DNA of 64,000 nt, taken from a virus. The first letter of the stretch is position 1. Every line of letters begins with the position of its first letter. This document shows positions 35,074-44,458 of the stretch, in pieces. Location of the stretch: IMG/VR virus record IMGVR_UViG_3300042387_001967; one strand, given 5' to 3'. The notes beneath the pieces are model-generated. The model had not been told where the DNA came from and made no database searches. It saw only the letters and a program-made list of their open reading frames with translations. The translations under genes and the position numbers were made by a program.

Positions 35074-36903
35074 TTAGTTTACGCCGTGCGGTGACGCCGA
35101 CGCTTCCTCGTCCTTGTAGACGTGCTGCTCGTGAGCATACGCCTCCGCCTCCTTGATGATGTTCTCCTGCACCGGCTTCGGCAGCTTGCCGCCGCGACGC
35201 AGCATGATGTTGATGAACGTCTGGTATGCCCTCCGGCACGCATCAGGCAGCGCCTCGGTGAAGTCCGCGTAGCGTTGCAGGCACTCCACGCTGTCGTCCT
35301 TTTCCGCCGTGCTGTCGCTCGTGAAGGCATACATGTCCGCCACGATGAGACCCGCCTTGAACCAGTCGCGCTCCATGCTGAGATTCAGCGTGGCGACAAA
35401 GTTACGGTCGAACGTGATGTGACTGACGCCGTCCGTCCACGCTTTTGTCAGGTCCGTCTGTCCGATGCCAGCGGAACGGTTTTCCCTGTCTTGGAATCCG
35501 TTCACGGAGTAGTCCAGATGGCTCATGACGTTCTCGATGCAGCGAACGAAGTCATCCTCCCGCTGCGTGTATTCGTCCGGACTGAGGCGGTGGTAATCGC
35601 GGTCGTCCACATCCTCGAGCAGAAGCTTGTAGTCCGCCCAGACCAGCATGCCGCGAAAGCGGTCATACGGTTGTTCGTTGCTCCTCGACGGCAGCACTTC
35701 GCAGATCACCTTGATAGCTGCTGCTCCCTGTTCGGCAGGGTCGTCGATATCGTCCGCATGCAGCCACTCCAGGACCACTTCGTCCAGGACGACAGCCCGT
35801 TTCAGCTGCATCACCTTCTCGGCCTCGTGATCGCCCTTCGGCCCGAAACACAGAGACACGCGACCATCAGCGTCGCGCAGGATCTTCGGCGTGTCGGACC
35901 GGGTGTGGATGAGGTTGTAGAGCTGATGCGGAGACCAGAGCTTCCCGGTGACATCCGGTAGGCAGGCGGTGTCGTAGAACACACCGTGGGCGACATAGCC
36001 GCCGCCGGCGTATTCCTCCACGAAGTTCCGCGCCTCCTGGCGGTTCAGCTTCTTCTTGTTCGAGGCGCTCCTGATGCCCTCTTCCTTCAACAGCTGCGCG
36101 ATCTTTTTCCAGCGCGCGCAGCGGCGTAGCACCTGGTTGCGGGCGAAGTTGACGCTGACTTCCTGCCGAATGACGATCACCCCCTCGAGTCCGAATTCCG
36201 ACAACGGCAGGGACTCGACAAAAACGCCCTGCTGGTAAACGTCCAGCCCGGTGCCGTTGCGGTAGCGGTGTTCGACCACTTTCTTCTTGATGTAGGCGAG
36301 GTCGTTGACCACGTCCCACTTCAGCGTGGCCGGGTCCGTCGCGACACTCTTGCCGTTGACGACCAGGTTGCGGTCGGTGTAGCGGCAGAACTTCGTGATC
36401 TGGTCCACGGTGTGCTGGATGTCGCGCAGCGACAGCGCATCGTAGAGATCGATCTCGACGATGCATCCGGGCTGGTCGGGGTGTCCCTCCTCGTAGTCAT
36501 AATCGAGCCCCCACTTTTCGACGTCGGTGATCATCCTGAAGTTGGCCGAGCGCCAGGTGTTCTTTCCGAACGCGAACATCTGCCCGCGTCCGATGCGGAA
36601 CTTGCCGAATACGGTGTCCTTGGCGAAGCCTTCGTCGTCCATGGGGTGCGGGTTGCCGAACTCCTCGAATACGTCCTTGACGATCTGCCCGGCGAAGCCC
36701 CTGCCGTCGTCCGTGATGCGGACCAGCTTGGCCGTGATGGTGACCGCGATGTTCTTCGCGGCCTGGTCAATGGAGTTCATGACCCCTTCCAGAATGGCTT
36801 TGGCTATGGTGCCGGCCTGCGATTTGATGACCTGGAGGACTAGGTTGCTGTGCGCACGCATGGTGCGGCGCTCTGTTTTGATAGGTGCTGGTGCTGTTGT
36901 CAT
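35074..36903 (-). CDS. GHKL (HSP90/MORC-like) ATPase domain protein
   Basis: ILEGVMNSIDQ (N box), DDGRGF (G1), GKFRIGRG (G2). Confidence 0.75.
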   Translation of the reverse strand: MTTAPAPIKTERRTMRAHSNLVLQVIKSQAGTIAKAILEGVMNSIDQAAKNIAVTITAKLVRITDDGRGFAGQIVKDVFEEFGNPHPMDDEGFAKDTVFGKFRIGRGQMFAFGKNTWRSANFRMITDVEKWGLDYDYEEGHPDQPGCIVEIDLYDALSLRDIQHTVDQITKFCRYTDRNLVVNGKSVATDPATLKWDVVNDLAYIKKKVVEHRYRNGTGLDVYQQGVFVESLPLSEFGLEGVIVIRQEVSVNFARNQVLRRCARWKKIAQLLKEEGIRSASNKKKLNRQEARNFVEEYAGGGYVAHGVFYDTACLPDVTGKLWSPHQLYNLIHTRSDTPKILRDADGRVSLCFGPKGDHEAEKVMQLKRAVVLDEVVLEWLHADDIDDPAEQGAAAIKVICEVLPSRSNEQPYDRFRGMLVWADYKLLLEDVDDRDYHRLSPDEYTQREDDFVRCIENVMSHLDYSVNGFQDRENRSAGIGQTDLTKAWTDGVSHITFDRNFVATLNLSMERDWFKAGLIVADMYAFTSDSTAEKDDSVECLQRYADFTEALPDACRRAYQTFINIMLRRGGKLPKPVQENIIKEAEAYAHEQHVYKDEEASASPHGVN

Positions 36904-36954
36904 GTTGTTGTTGTTGTCGTGGTTGCTATTTTCCTCGTTGTAGGCTGTCGGCTG

Positions 36955-37206
36955 TCAGCCTTCGTCTTCTTGTGCGGCTGTCCGGTCCGCGCAGATCGGG
37001 CATTCGCCGTCCCATCCGTCCCCGTTGTCCGCGTAGGGCTCGAAGCAGGTGCGGCAGTAGTCGTCGGGATTGTCCTGGTAGCGCTGCTCCACCCATTCCG
37101 GGTAGTCCAGCTTGGTCTCGCCGGCCTGCGTCTCGTGCAGCCAGTCGGCCACCGGATGTCCCGGGATCTCGTCCGGCGCGCTCGGCAGTATCCGGGGCGT
37201 GCTCAT
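36955..37206 (-). CDS. hypothetical protein
   Basis: DWLHETQAG..DYPEW module; CRTC...CPIC. Confidence 0.65.
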   Translation of the reverse strand: MSTPRILPSAPDEIPGHPVADWLHETQAGETKLDYPEWVEQRYQDNPDDYCRTCFEPYADNGDGWDGECPICADRTAAQEDEG

Positions 37207-37616
37207 GGGACGACCAGCGGGCCGTATTTGTCGCTCTGCAGCATCTCCTCCACCGTCTCGCGCAGGGCCGGCAACTGTCCGGCTTTTTCCACGGCGTCCA
37301 GGTGCGCTCCCTTGCCGTGGCTGGCCGCGACCGCGTGGAACTCCGTGCGCTTGTGATGCTCGTGGTAGACCATGACCCACATCTTGTGGAAGTCCATCCC
37401 GGTCTGGTCACACAGGACGCCGACGAGACGTTTCACGGACTTGCGCATCTCTTTCATCTCGTCGTCCACCATGGACTTCGTCTCCGGGTTGCTGCCGTCC
37501 ATGGCCTTCGCCAGTTCGGCCGTCGCTGTTTCCAGCTGTGTCATGGCCACCGTCACCGCCTCGCGGGCGGCGGTGAAGTTCATGAGCAGTTGTTTGGGGG
37601 CTGTTGTTTTCTTCAT
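37203..37616 (-). CDS. hypothetical protein
   Basis: 137 aa. Confidence 0.65.
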   Translation of the reverse strand: MKKTTAPKQLLMNFTAAREAVTVAMTQLETATAELAKAMDGSNPETKSMVDDEMKEMRKSVKRLVGVLCDQTGMDFHKMWVMVYHEHHKRTEFHAVAASHGKGAHLDAVEKAGQLPALRETVEEMLQSDKYGPLVVP

Positions 37617-38488
37617 TGGACGATCTCCATCGGTTTGATTTCCTCAGGGACGGGCTGTCCGACGCTTGCGCAGATCTCTTTCCCGCTGAAGTTGTTGATG
37701 AGCAGGATGGTCAGGTCCCTTTTGTCGGCCCACACCGGCGACTTCATTTTGTCCGTCTCCCTGTCCAGCACCTGCCATAGACCGAAGTGCTGCCTGTGCC
37801 TGCCCGTCATCATGAACCCGTCCGGCGTTTTGACGTTGATCGTCCAGCCCGTGGCGTCCAACGGATCCTTCAGCCGCGCGAGCAGCGTCTCCAGTTGCTT
37901 CAGGACGATGCCGTCCGTCAGCTTCTTGAACGTCGCCGGTCGCTTGATTTTGTGCTCGCCCCATTCGACGAGCAATACCCATCCCTCTGTGGCGTCGCCG
38001 GACAACTTCCACCCGAAGTTGATACTGCGTTTTCCGTGGGGTCCCTCGACGAGTGTCCACACCGTTATGCGCCCGTCGAACCCAAACGGCATGTCGACGT
38101 CGACCGACCGAGTCTTCGGATGCTTGCTGATGCACTCCGGGAACTTCGCCTTCAGTCCGCAGTTGATCTCCTGCGCTGCCACCTCTGGCTTGTCCTTCCT
38201 GGCTGCGGTCTTCACCCGGACATTCAGGTGCACCCATTCGTCGATGTGTTCGGTGCCGACGAACACGTAGGGCGACAGCGCGCGGATCGCTTTGGCGTGC
38301 GCGCGCATGCTGTCGATGATTTCCTGTGCGGGTTCATCGTCGCCGGCGCTGCGGCGGTCAGACGCCGTCAGCAGGATGGTTCCGTCGCTTTCGACTTCTT
38401 CACTGTCGATGCCGAGCCGCTTCAGGTAGGCACGCACCTGCTCGGCGACTTTCTGCTGCGTTTTGGTCGGTTTGATTTCAGTTTTCAT
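37613..38488 (-). CDS. hypothetical multi-module protein
   Basis: 291 aa. Confidence 0.7.
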   Translation of the reverse strand: MKTEIKPTKTQQKVAEQVRAYLKRLGIDSEEVESDGTILLTASDRRSAGDDEPAQEIIDSMRAHAKAIRALSPYVFVGTEHIDEWVHLNVRVKTAARKDKPEVAAQEINCGLKAKFPECISKHPKTRSVDVDMPFGFDGRITVWTLVEGPHGKRSINFGWKLSGDATEGWVLLVEWGEHKIKRPATFKKLTDGIVLKQLETLLARLKDPLDATGWTINVKTPDGFMMTGRHRQHFGLWQVLDRETDKMKSPVWADKRDLTILLINNFSGKEICASVGQPVPEEIKPMEIVQ

Positions 38489-38489
38489 G

Positions 38490-40589
38490 CTATGCTGCTT
38501 CGTAGATAGGCTTTACTTTGTCCCACACGTTGGAGTCCTGCGAATACCACGCCAAGCCGATGGCTCGAGACACGCCGCGGCTGACGCTGTTTCCGATGGC
38601 CCTAATGATCTCGCTCTTGTTGCAGTTTGCCCATGTCATTGAATCGGGAAAACCCATCGCGCGCTGCAGCTCGAGTGGCGTCAGCATGCGATAGAACAGG
38701 TCGATCTTGATCAGCTTCCCGTCCAGTTCGATCACCGGGTAGACCAGGGCGTGCCCGGCCTTGGTGCGCACGGTCGGCAGCGGCTCGTCGATCGACTTCC
38801 CCTCCGAGCCGTTGCTGTAGTAGACGTAGATCCACGGCTTGGCGTCGACCTTGCCCCGGCGCTTCAGCTCCGTCACCAGATGGTTGAGGAACGTGGTGGC
38901 GCGCGAGGTGTCCACGCCCTTCTCGCTGCACGCGTGAAGGAACCGGTCGGACACCACCTCGAGCTCGACCTCGATGCAGGTCTGGTTCGCCTTGGTCACG
39001 ATTGTGCGGACCGGGGCGTCGACCGGGTAGGTCCCGTCGTTGCCCCTGGCGCCGCCTGTCTGGTCGATGGCGAACATGAACGCCTCGGCAATGGCCTGGT
39101 TGCAGCCGCCAGCCGTGGAGGTCCGCAGCGGGGAGTCCACGTCCTTGCATACGCCGGTGCCGCGCTGGTTGTCCAGCGTGGCGATCTCAGGTTGCATCAC
39201 GTAGTGCCCCTGGGATGCTGTGAGCGCCGTCAGGGGGCTGTCGATGCTCTGGGCGGTGCTCTGGCCCTTCAGCTGAACGATCGCCGGCTCCACGAGGCCC
39301 TCGCCGGTCATCGTGGTGGTCACAGTGCTGACCGGCGAGTCGACGCCCTTCACCCAGTCCTTTTTGCTGCCGGCATGGTGCGGGATGATGTAGGCCTCTG
39401 ACCTCACGACGCCGCCGGCCCCGTGGCTCGTGACCGTGGGCACCGGGTCGTCCACGCTGTGCGTCCTGGGCTCTTGGCCTGGGGCTTCGCCGAAGTTCGG
39501 CGTGATGAATTCCCCTTCGGCCTTCACCAGTCCGCGCTCACCCTTCGCGGTAAACGTCAGCAGCGGCTGGTCCACGTCGTGCACACGACGATCACAGTCC
39601 GACGCCTTCGGGCTGCCATGAGCCGAGCTGATCAGGAACTCGCGCAGGCCGTATTTCACCAACCCGATGGCCAGGCGGCGGAACGTATTGTCAGCGAGGT
39701 TTTTGTCCCGCGTAAACACGCTCAGGCCTTTAATCGCCCACTGAATGATGCCCCGCGCGGTGCGCCAGTCCATCGGACGCCCGTGCCCGGTGCCGCGCTC
39801 CCCGGCGTAGGGGTCCGGCCAGACGATCTTCTTGCCTGAATCCTTGCGGACGAAGTAGACGAACAGCCTCTGGCGGATGGTGGGGTCACCGTAGTCAGCG
39901 GACTTGAGGACGCGGTAGTCGGACTCGTATCCCAGCGCCTGCATCTCGGCGATCCATGCCTGGAAGTATTCGCCGCGGCGCTCCTTGTCCGGCGCCTCGT
40001 AGGGTTGGTAGCCGGCAGCCTTCATGCGCTTGCCCCAGTCTGTCTCGGTCTCTTTCGCCCGTCGGCGCTCTTTTCTCGGCAGTTTCACTGGTCTGCCCTT
40101 CCGAGCCCACATGAGTTCGTCCACGATTGGCGGACCCGCTTTTTCCGGCCAACGCTTCTGGGTCACAGGGCCCCACGAAACGAATTCCCTAACATTTTCC
40201 ACGATTACGGCTTCAGGTCGCAGATGCTTCACCCAGTCGGTGACCGAGTGCGCGTGGCTGCGGTCCTGCTCGTTGACGCAGCTGGCCCCGCGCGCGACGC
40301 TGAAGAACGTGCATTGCGGCGACGCCCAGAGCAGGCTGCAGTAGGTGCCGACCGGGAACACAGCGGTAGGGTCCAACGTGAACAGATCCTCCGCCAGATG
40401 CCTGTGCTCCGGGTGGTTCTCTTGGTGGATGAGGATCGCCTTATCCCAGTGGTTAACGAACGTGCCGCTCACCTTGCGTCCCATCAGATCTGTGGCGTCC
40501 AGCAGTCCACCTCCGGACCCGCCAGCCCCGCAAAAGAGATCCACCATATTATCCTCTCGCTCATCGAGATACACTAGATTGTCGATCAT
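38490..40589 (-). CDS. C5 cytosine DNA methyltransferase with repeated target-recognition-like segments
   Basis: DLFCGAGG (I), WASPQC (IV, P-x-C variant), ENVREF (VI), RQRLF (VIII), RMLTPLELQRAMGF (IX), IGNSV (X). Confidence 0.92.
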   Translation of the reverse strand: MIDNLVYLDEREDNMVDLFCGAGGSGGGLLDATDLMGRKVSGTFVNHWDKAILIHQENHPEHRHLAEDLFTLDPTAVFPVGTYCSLLWASPQCTFFSVARGASCVNEQDRSHAHSVTDWVKHLRPEAVIVENVREFVSWGPVTQKRWPEKAGPPIVDELMWARKGRPVKLPRKERRRAKETETDWGKRMKAAGYQPYEAPDKERRGEYFQAWIAEMQALGYESDYRVLKSADYGDPTIRQRLFVYFVRKDSGKKIVWPDPYAGERGTGHGRPMDWRTARGIIQWAIKGLSVFTRDKNLADNTFRRLAIGLVKYGLREFLISSAHGSPKASDCDRRVHDVDQPLLTFTAKGERGLVKAEGEFITPNFGEAPGQEPRTHSVDDPVPTVTSHGAGGVVRSEAYIIPHHAGSKKDWVKGVDSPVSTVTTTMTGEGLVEPAIVQLKGQSTAQSIDSPLTALTASQGHYVMQPEIATLDNQRGTGVCKDVDSPLRTSTAGGCNQAIAEAFMFAIDQTGGARGNDGTYPVDAPVRTIVTKANQTCIEVELEVVSDRFLHACSEKGVDTSRATTFLNHLVTELKRRGKVDAKPWIYVYYSNGSEGKSIDEPLPTVRTKAGHALVYPVIELDGKLIKIDLFYRMLTPLELQRAMGFPDSMTWANCNKSEIIRAIGNSVSRGVSRAIGLAWYSQDSNVWDKVKPIYEAA

Positions 40590-40846
40590 TTCGACCTCCT
40601 GCGCGCTACTCGCAAGGCTGGCAGGAGTCTGCCGTTCGCAGCACTCCAGCGCTTGCATGTATAATCCATTGCGCGGTCATGCTGCACGGACTCGGCGTCA
40701 GTAGTGCCCGCACAAGGGCAACCTCGGTCGTCCTTGTAGCTGAACGCGGTCGCCGGTTTACCGTCATACGGCTTCCAGCTGCGACCAGTCCACATGTGAA
40801 TATCCGTCGCATCCTTCGGCGGTCTGCAGAGCTTTCCTTTCTTCAC
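40586..40846 (-). CDS. hypothetical protein
   Basis: GTG start overlapping upstream TGA. Confidence 0.45.
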   Translation of the reverse strand: MKKGKLCRPPKDATDIHMWTGRSWKPYDGKPATAFSYKDDRGCPCAGTTDAESVQHDRAMDYTCKRWSAANGRLLPALRVARRRSK

Positions 40847-41115
40847 GGCTTCACCCCCATCCGCCGCAGGTGCATCTCCGCGTCCATCTTGGCACGCTCC
40901 CAGTCTGCCCACGCGTCTGGGTAGCCGGTCTTGTCGAAGCACTCGTTCGCGTAGTTGACCTCCTCGATGAGGGCTTTCGACACGGTGATGAGAGCGTCGT
41001 GCGAGTCGTCCATGCGTCCGCCGCGGGCCGACCGCAGGGCAGCATCGAACTTGTTCTTCTTGGTGGTCAGCCGGGTCTTGAGGCGGCGATACTGCGACTG
41101 GTCGAAGTCGCTCAT
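40843..41115 (-). CDS. hypothetical protein
   Basis: 90 aa. Confidence 0.65.
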   Translation of the reverse strand: MSDFDQSQYRRLKTRLTTKKNKFDAALRSARGGRMDDSHDALITVSKALIEEVNYANECFDKTGYPDAWADWERAKMDAEMHLRRMGVKP

Positions 41116-41375
41116 ACGGTTGCCCCCAGGCTGCGCATTTGCTGCTCCGCCGTCGCCCGGCCCGTCTCCCAGCGTTCCAACTTCTCGGACGTCGGGTAGC
41201 CGGTCTCGGCGAAGGCCTCCACTGCCCGCCAGAACGTGCGAATGAACTCTCGGGCGGTCCGTATGACGGCACGCACGGTCGCCGCGCTCCGGCTGACTGT
41301 AGTCTGATGCACAGCTTGGAGGAGCTGCGCGTGCGATGCATTGAGACGGGATTCGATCTGCTTGTGCTTTTTCAT
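41112..41375 (-). CDS. hypothetical protein
   Basis: 87 aa; (AACC)6 leader. Confidence 0.65.
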   Translation of the reverse strand: MKKHKQIESRLNASHAQLLQAVHQTTVSRSAATVRAVIRTAREFIRTFWRAVEAFAETGYPTSEKLERWETGRATAEQQMRSLGATV

Positions 41376-41433
41376 GGTTGGTTGGTTGGTTGGTTGGTTA
41401 GTTGGCTTGGTTCCTCTTTGGTATTCATACCGG

Positions 41434-41664
41434 TCACGCGACCTCTTTCACGTAGACATTGGCGTGCTCGGCCGGGCATTGCACCACGAAGGTCGACGGC
41501 ACCGCCTGTCTGAACTTCTCGGGCCACACGGACGGCATCCTTACCCACTCGTCCCGCTTCTTCGGCGAGTTAAAGTGGACTACCTCCGTCCGCATTCCGC
41601 CGCTGGTGTAGTAGCAGTCGCTCCCGAAAGGCGACTCGTAGCACCTGATGGCGTAGTATTTCAT
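41434..41664 (-). CDS. hypothetical protein
   Basis: MKYYAIRC... Confidence 0.6.
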   Translation of the reverse strand: MKYYAIRCYESPFGSDCYYTSGGMRTEVVHFNSPKKRDEWVRMPSVWPEKFRQAVPSTFVVQCPAEHANVYVKEVA

Positions 41665-41668
41665 ACGC

Positions 41669-42256
41669 CTAGTTTGCTGGGTCCTCTTTGTCCGGATACA
41701 GTCCGCGCTTCTCGTCTCGTCGCTGTGTTTCGGCATCCGCCGCGCGCCGGTCTGCCACATCGCGCTCGGCCTCAGCGCGGTCCGTATAGACGATCCCTCG
41801 GCAGTCGCCCTGCGTGGTCATGTAGGCCAGTTCGTTCTGCGCCGCGTCCACGCTTGTGAACGTCTCGATCACGCCGGTGCCGGCCCACACAACGTAGGCG
41901 CTCGGCTCCTCCGGATCTTCGGACAGCACGGTGTCGTAGTATTCGGTGGCATCCCACGCCAGGCCCTCCATGGACAGGAGCTTCACACCGTGCCTGCGCA
42001 AGATGGTCACAAACTCCTCGTCGTTCTGCGGCTGTGTGAGGAGCAGGTCGCCGATGTTGAGATCCTCTCTGGACGCCTCCCAGACCTCCCGCCCGGCTTG
42101 GGTGTCGTCGACCCACTCGGTAATCCCGCGCTTGAACATCTCCATCGCGTCCGTGCTGGAGGCAGTCTCATCGTCGGTCTCCAGGATAAGCACAGCGGCG
42201 TTCGTCATGCCTGACGTCCCCTCGTGCCTGGTGAACAGAATCGTGTGCTTCTTCAT
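41669..42256 (-). CDS. hypothetical protein
   Basis: 195 aa. Confidence 0.7.
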   Translation of the reverse strand: MKKHTILFTRHEGTSGMTNAAVLILETDDETASSTDAMEMFKRGITEWVDDTQAGREVWEASREDLNIGDLLLTQPQNDEEFVTILRRHGVKLLSMEGLAWDATEYYDTVLSEDPEEPSAYVVWAGTGVIETFTSVDAAQNELAYMTTQGDCRGIVYTDRAEAERDVADRRAADAETQRRDEKRGLYPDKEDPAN

Positions 42257-42576
42257 GATTTGTTCGGTTTCGGCAGCTTCTGCAGCAGCACATCAGACGC
42301 CGCCGCGAGCCTTGCCATCTGGCCCATAGTCCTCGCATTGGCGAAGCCCCGGAGAAGTCGCAGCATCTTCGGGATCGCCAGGATCAGCTTGATGTTCGCG
42401 CGGTCCTCGTTCGTCATGACGCGCTCGTCCATGTTTCCATCCGCCCGCCCGGCCGCCACATGGGCGGCGCACACGTCCAGCTTGACGTTACCGATGTCCA
42501 CGCCGGTCAGATTGCCGTCGTCGTCGCACACCTCGCCAGCCTTCCATGGGAACGGAGTGTGTCCGGAGCGGCTCAT
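42253..42576 (-). CDS. hypothetical protein
   Basis: HTPFPW...ANIKLILAIPKML. Confidence 0.65.
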   Translation of the reverse strand: MSRSGHTPFPWKAGEVCDDDGNLTGVDIGNVKLDVCAAHVAAGRADGNMDERVMTNEDRANIKLILAIPKMLRLLRGFANARTMGQMARLAAASDVLLQKLPKPNKS

Positions 42577-43685
42577 TTCGAGTCCTCCTCGGCCGGGTGC
42601 AGATCCACGGTGATGCGGCCCTGGTCGTCGCACACGTATGCCGTGCGTCCGTCGTCGTGCCGATACCAGTGTTCGGCGCCCACGCCGGTCGAGGGGCCGT
42701 CAGTCGGCGTCCACTCATCCGAGTTGGTGCCCGTTTCCGTGCACAACTTCCGCATGTGCGCGGGCAGACTCTCGTAGTCGCCCTGCGCGTCGTCATCCTC
42801 CTCCTCGTCGCCGATGAACACGACTCGCAGCTCGGCAACGCGGCGGCCCCAAGCTTTGTCTTCCACATACCTTGCGGTCACTGGGTAGACTCCGTCCCCG
42901 AATCCAGTGCGGGCGACCACGCCCGCTCCGGCGTGCCCCTTCGTGTGGTTCAACTGCCCTCCCTGGAGCTTGGGATCGTCGGTCGCAGCGCAGCTGCCAG
43001 AGTAGGAGAACTCACCCGGGTTTTTGTGGACTGCTGGTATCGCGTAAACGACGCATTCCCCACCCATCTGGTTCATCGTCTTGCCATACTTTTCGATCAC
43101 GATATCGTAGGCGGCGAACCCGATCGCGTCCTTCTGCGGAGCGTCCCCGTGCAGCGTGCAGTAGAGGATGGTGCCGTCCTTGTGCCGGTAAGCCGGCGCT
43201 ACCGTTCTCGTTTCCGCATCTGCTTTCTTCCACTGGTTCTCGATGTAGCACGGGTCACAGAGCATGAGCTGCCCGGAGTCCACGTCTACCTCTCCTAACT
43301 CCAGCCACTCCCCGTCCTTCAGTGGCGGTGGTGTGTCGATGATCATCTCGTTGTCGCACTCCTCGCTGCTGACGAACTCGATGAAGCTCAGCGGCGTCCA
43401 GCCTTCGCTCTCGATTCGTTCCAGGTTGTCGTTGACATACTTGGTGTATGCCTGGGTGGCCGTCATGCGCACCGGCACGACACGCACGGACAGATTGTCC
43501 GTGACCCACTCCAGCGTCTGGCTTACGCCATTCGCGTCCAGGTAATGTCCCTGACCGTAGTGACGATGCAGGAACCTTGCGGCCGCGCAGACCAGTTCGT
43601 CCAGCGTGGGATACGGATACGGGAATAGCGGACGGTTGTCAGGCCCGATGAGTAGGTAGCCCTCCGGCTTCGATTGTTTATGCAT
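42573..43685 (-). CDS. multi-module protein with DUF4241-like segment
   Basis: LGEVDVDSGQLMLCDPCY...GVVARTGFGDGVYPV. Confidence 0.6.
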   Translation of the reverse strand: MHKQSKPEGYLLIGPDNRPLFPYPYPTLDELVCAAARFLHRHYGQGHYLDANGVSQTLEWVTDNLSVRVVPVRMTATQAYTKYVNDNLERIESEGWTPLSFIEFVSSEECDNEMIIDTPPPLKDGEWLELGEVDVDSGQLMLCDPCYIENQWKKADAETRTVAPAYRHKDGTILYCTLHGDAPQKDAIGFAAYDIVIEKYGKTMNQMGGECVVYAIPAVHKNPGEFSYSGSCAATDDPKLQGGQLNHTKGHAGAGVVARTGFGDGVYPVTARYVEDKAWGRRVAELRVVFIGDEEEDDDAQGDYESLPAHMRKLCTETGTNSDEWTPTDGPSTGVGAEHWYRHDDGRTAYVCDDQGRITVDLHPAEEDSK

Positions 43686-43688
43686 GTT

Positions 43689-44216
43689 TTATTGGTTGAG
43701 TGCATACCGCGGGTGGAAGATGCCTTCCAACTTGCCGGTGTTCCTATTGAGGAAGCTGCGGATCCCGATCATGTCGTGAGTGAACTCATCGGCGCTGGCT
43801 GCCAGCAGCTCCGCCAGCATAAGCGGGCAGCCGTGATTGTGGCAGAGGACGATGTCCGTCACCCACTGCTGCTCATCCTCGGTGCACGGCAGAATACTGC
43901 GCGTATGTATACCCAGACTCAGCGTATGTATACCCAGACTCATTGCGCGTTGAGCGACGCGTAGGATGAGATAACCCTCGTAGGCGCTGGTTCTGAGGTT
44001 TAGTTCAGTCTTCTCCCGTATGGGCTCGACGCTTTGGATCAGCGCCTCGTATGTCACGTCCTCCGGAAACTGATTGTAGTCAGTGTTCCTGGCCTTCTCC
44101 CTGGCCGCGTCCCTTGCCCTTGCTGCCTCTCCGGAGACTTCTCCGTCCATCACGACGTCGAATGTGGCCTCGCGGATGGAAAGTCGGCGAACGCCGATGT
44201 GGTATTTGTGTTTCAT
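43689..44216 (-). CDS. hypothetical protein
   Basis: MKHKYH...; contains a 21-nt tandem duplication (SLGIHT x2). Confidence 0.65.
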   Translation of the reverse strand: MKHKYHIGVRRLSIREATFDVVMDGEVSGEAARARDAAREKARNTDYNQFPEDVTYEALIQSVEPIREKTELNLRTSAYEGYLILRVAQRAMSLGIHTLSLGIHTRSILPCTEDEQQWVTDIVLCHNHGCPLMLAELLAASADEFTHDMIGIRSFLNRNTGKLEGIFHPRYALNQ

Positions 44217-44458
44217 GATTCTGTGGTTTCTGCTTTGTGTTGCCACCATCCGCGATACTCCACCCCATCGGGCGGGTCGGTGTCGTCCATCCGGATGTGA
44301 TCGTTCAGCTCGCCCTCGCGGTAACCCTGCTTTACCATTTCCGCGATTCTGTTCTGCGCCGTCTCCTCCAGCGCGTCGCAATGCTTGGTATCGATCGACT
44401 GTCCGCCCGGGCGCCACCAGCGAAAGGTGTAGGTGTGCTTTCCAGTGAACTCTTTCAC
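44213..44458 (-). CDS. hypothetical protein
   Basis: 81 aa. Confidence 0.65.
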   Translation of the reverse strand: MKEFTGKHTYTFRWWRPGGQSIDTKHCDALEETAQNRIAEMVKQGYREGELNDHIRMDDTDPPDGVEYRGWWQHKAETTES

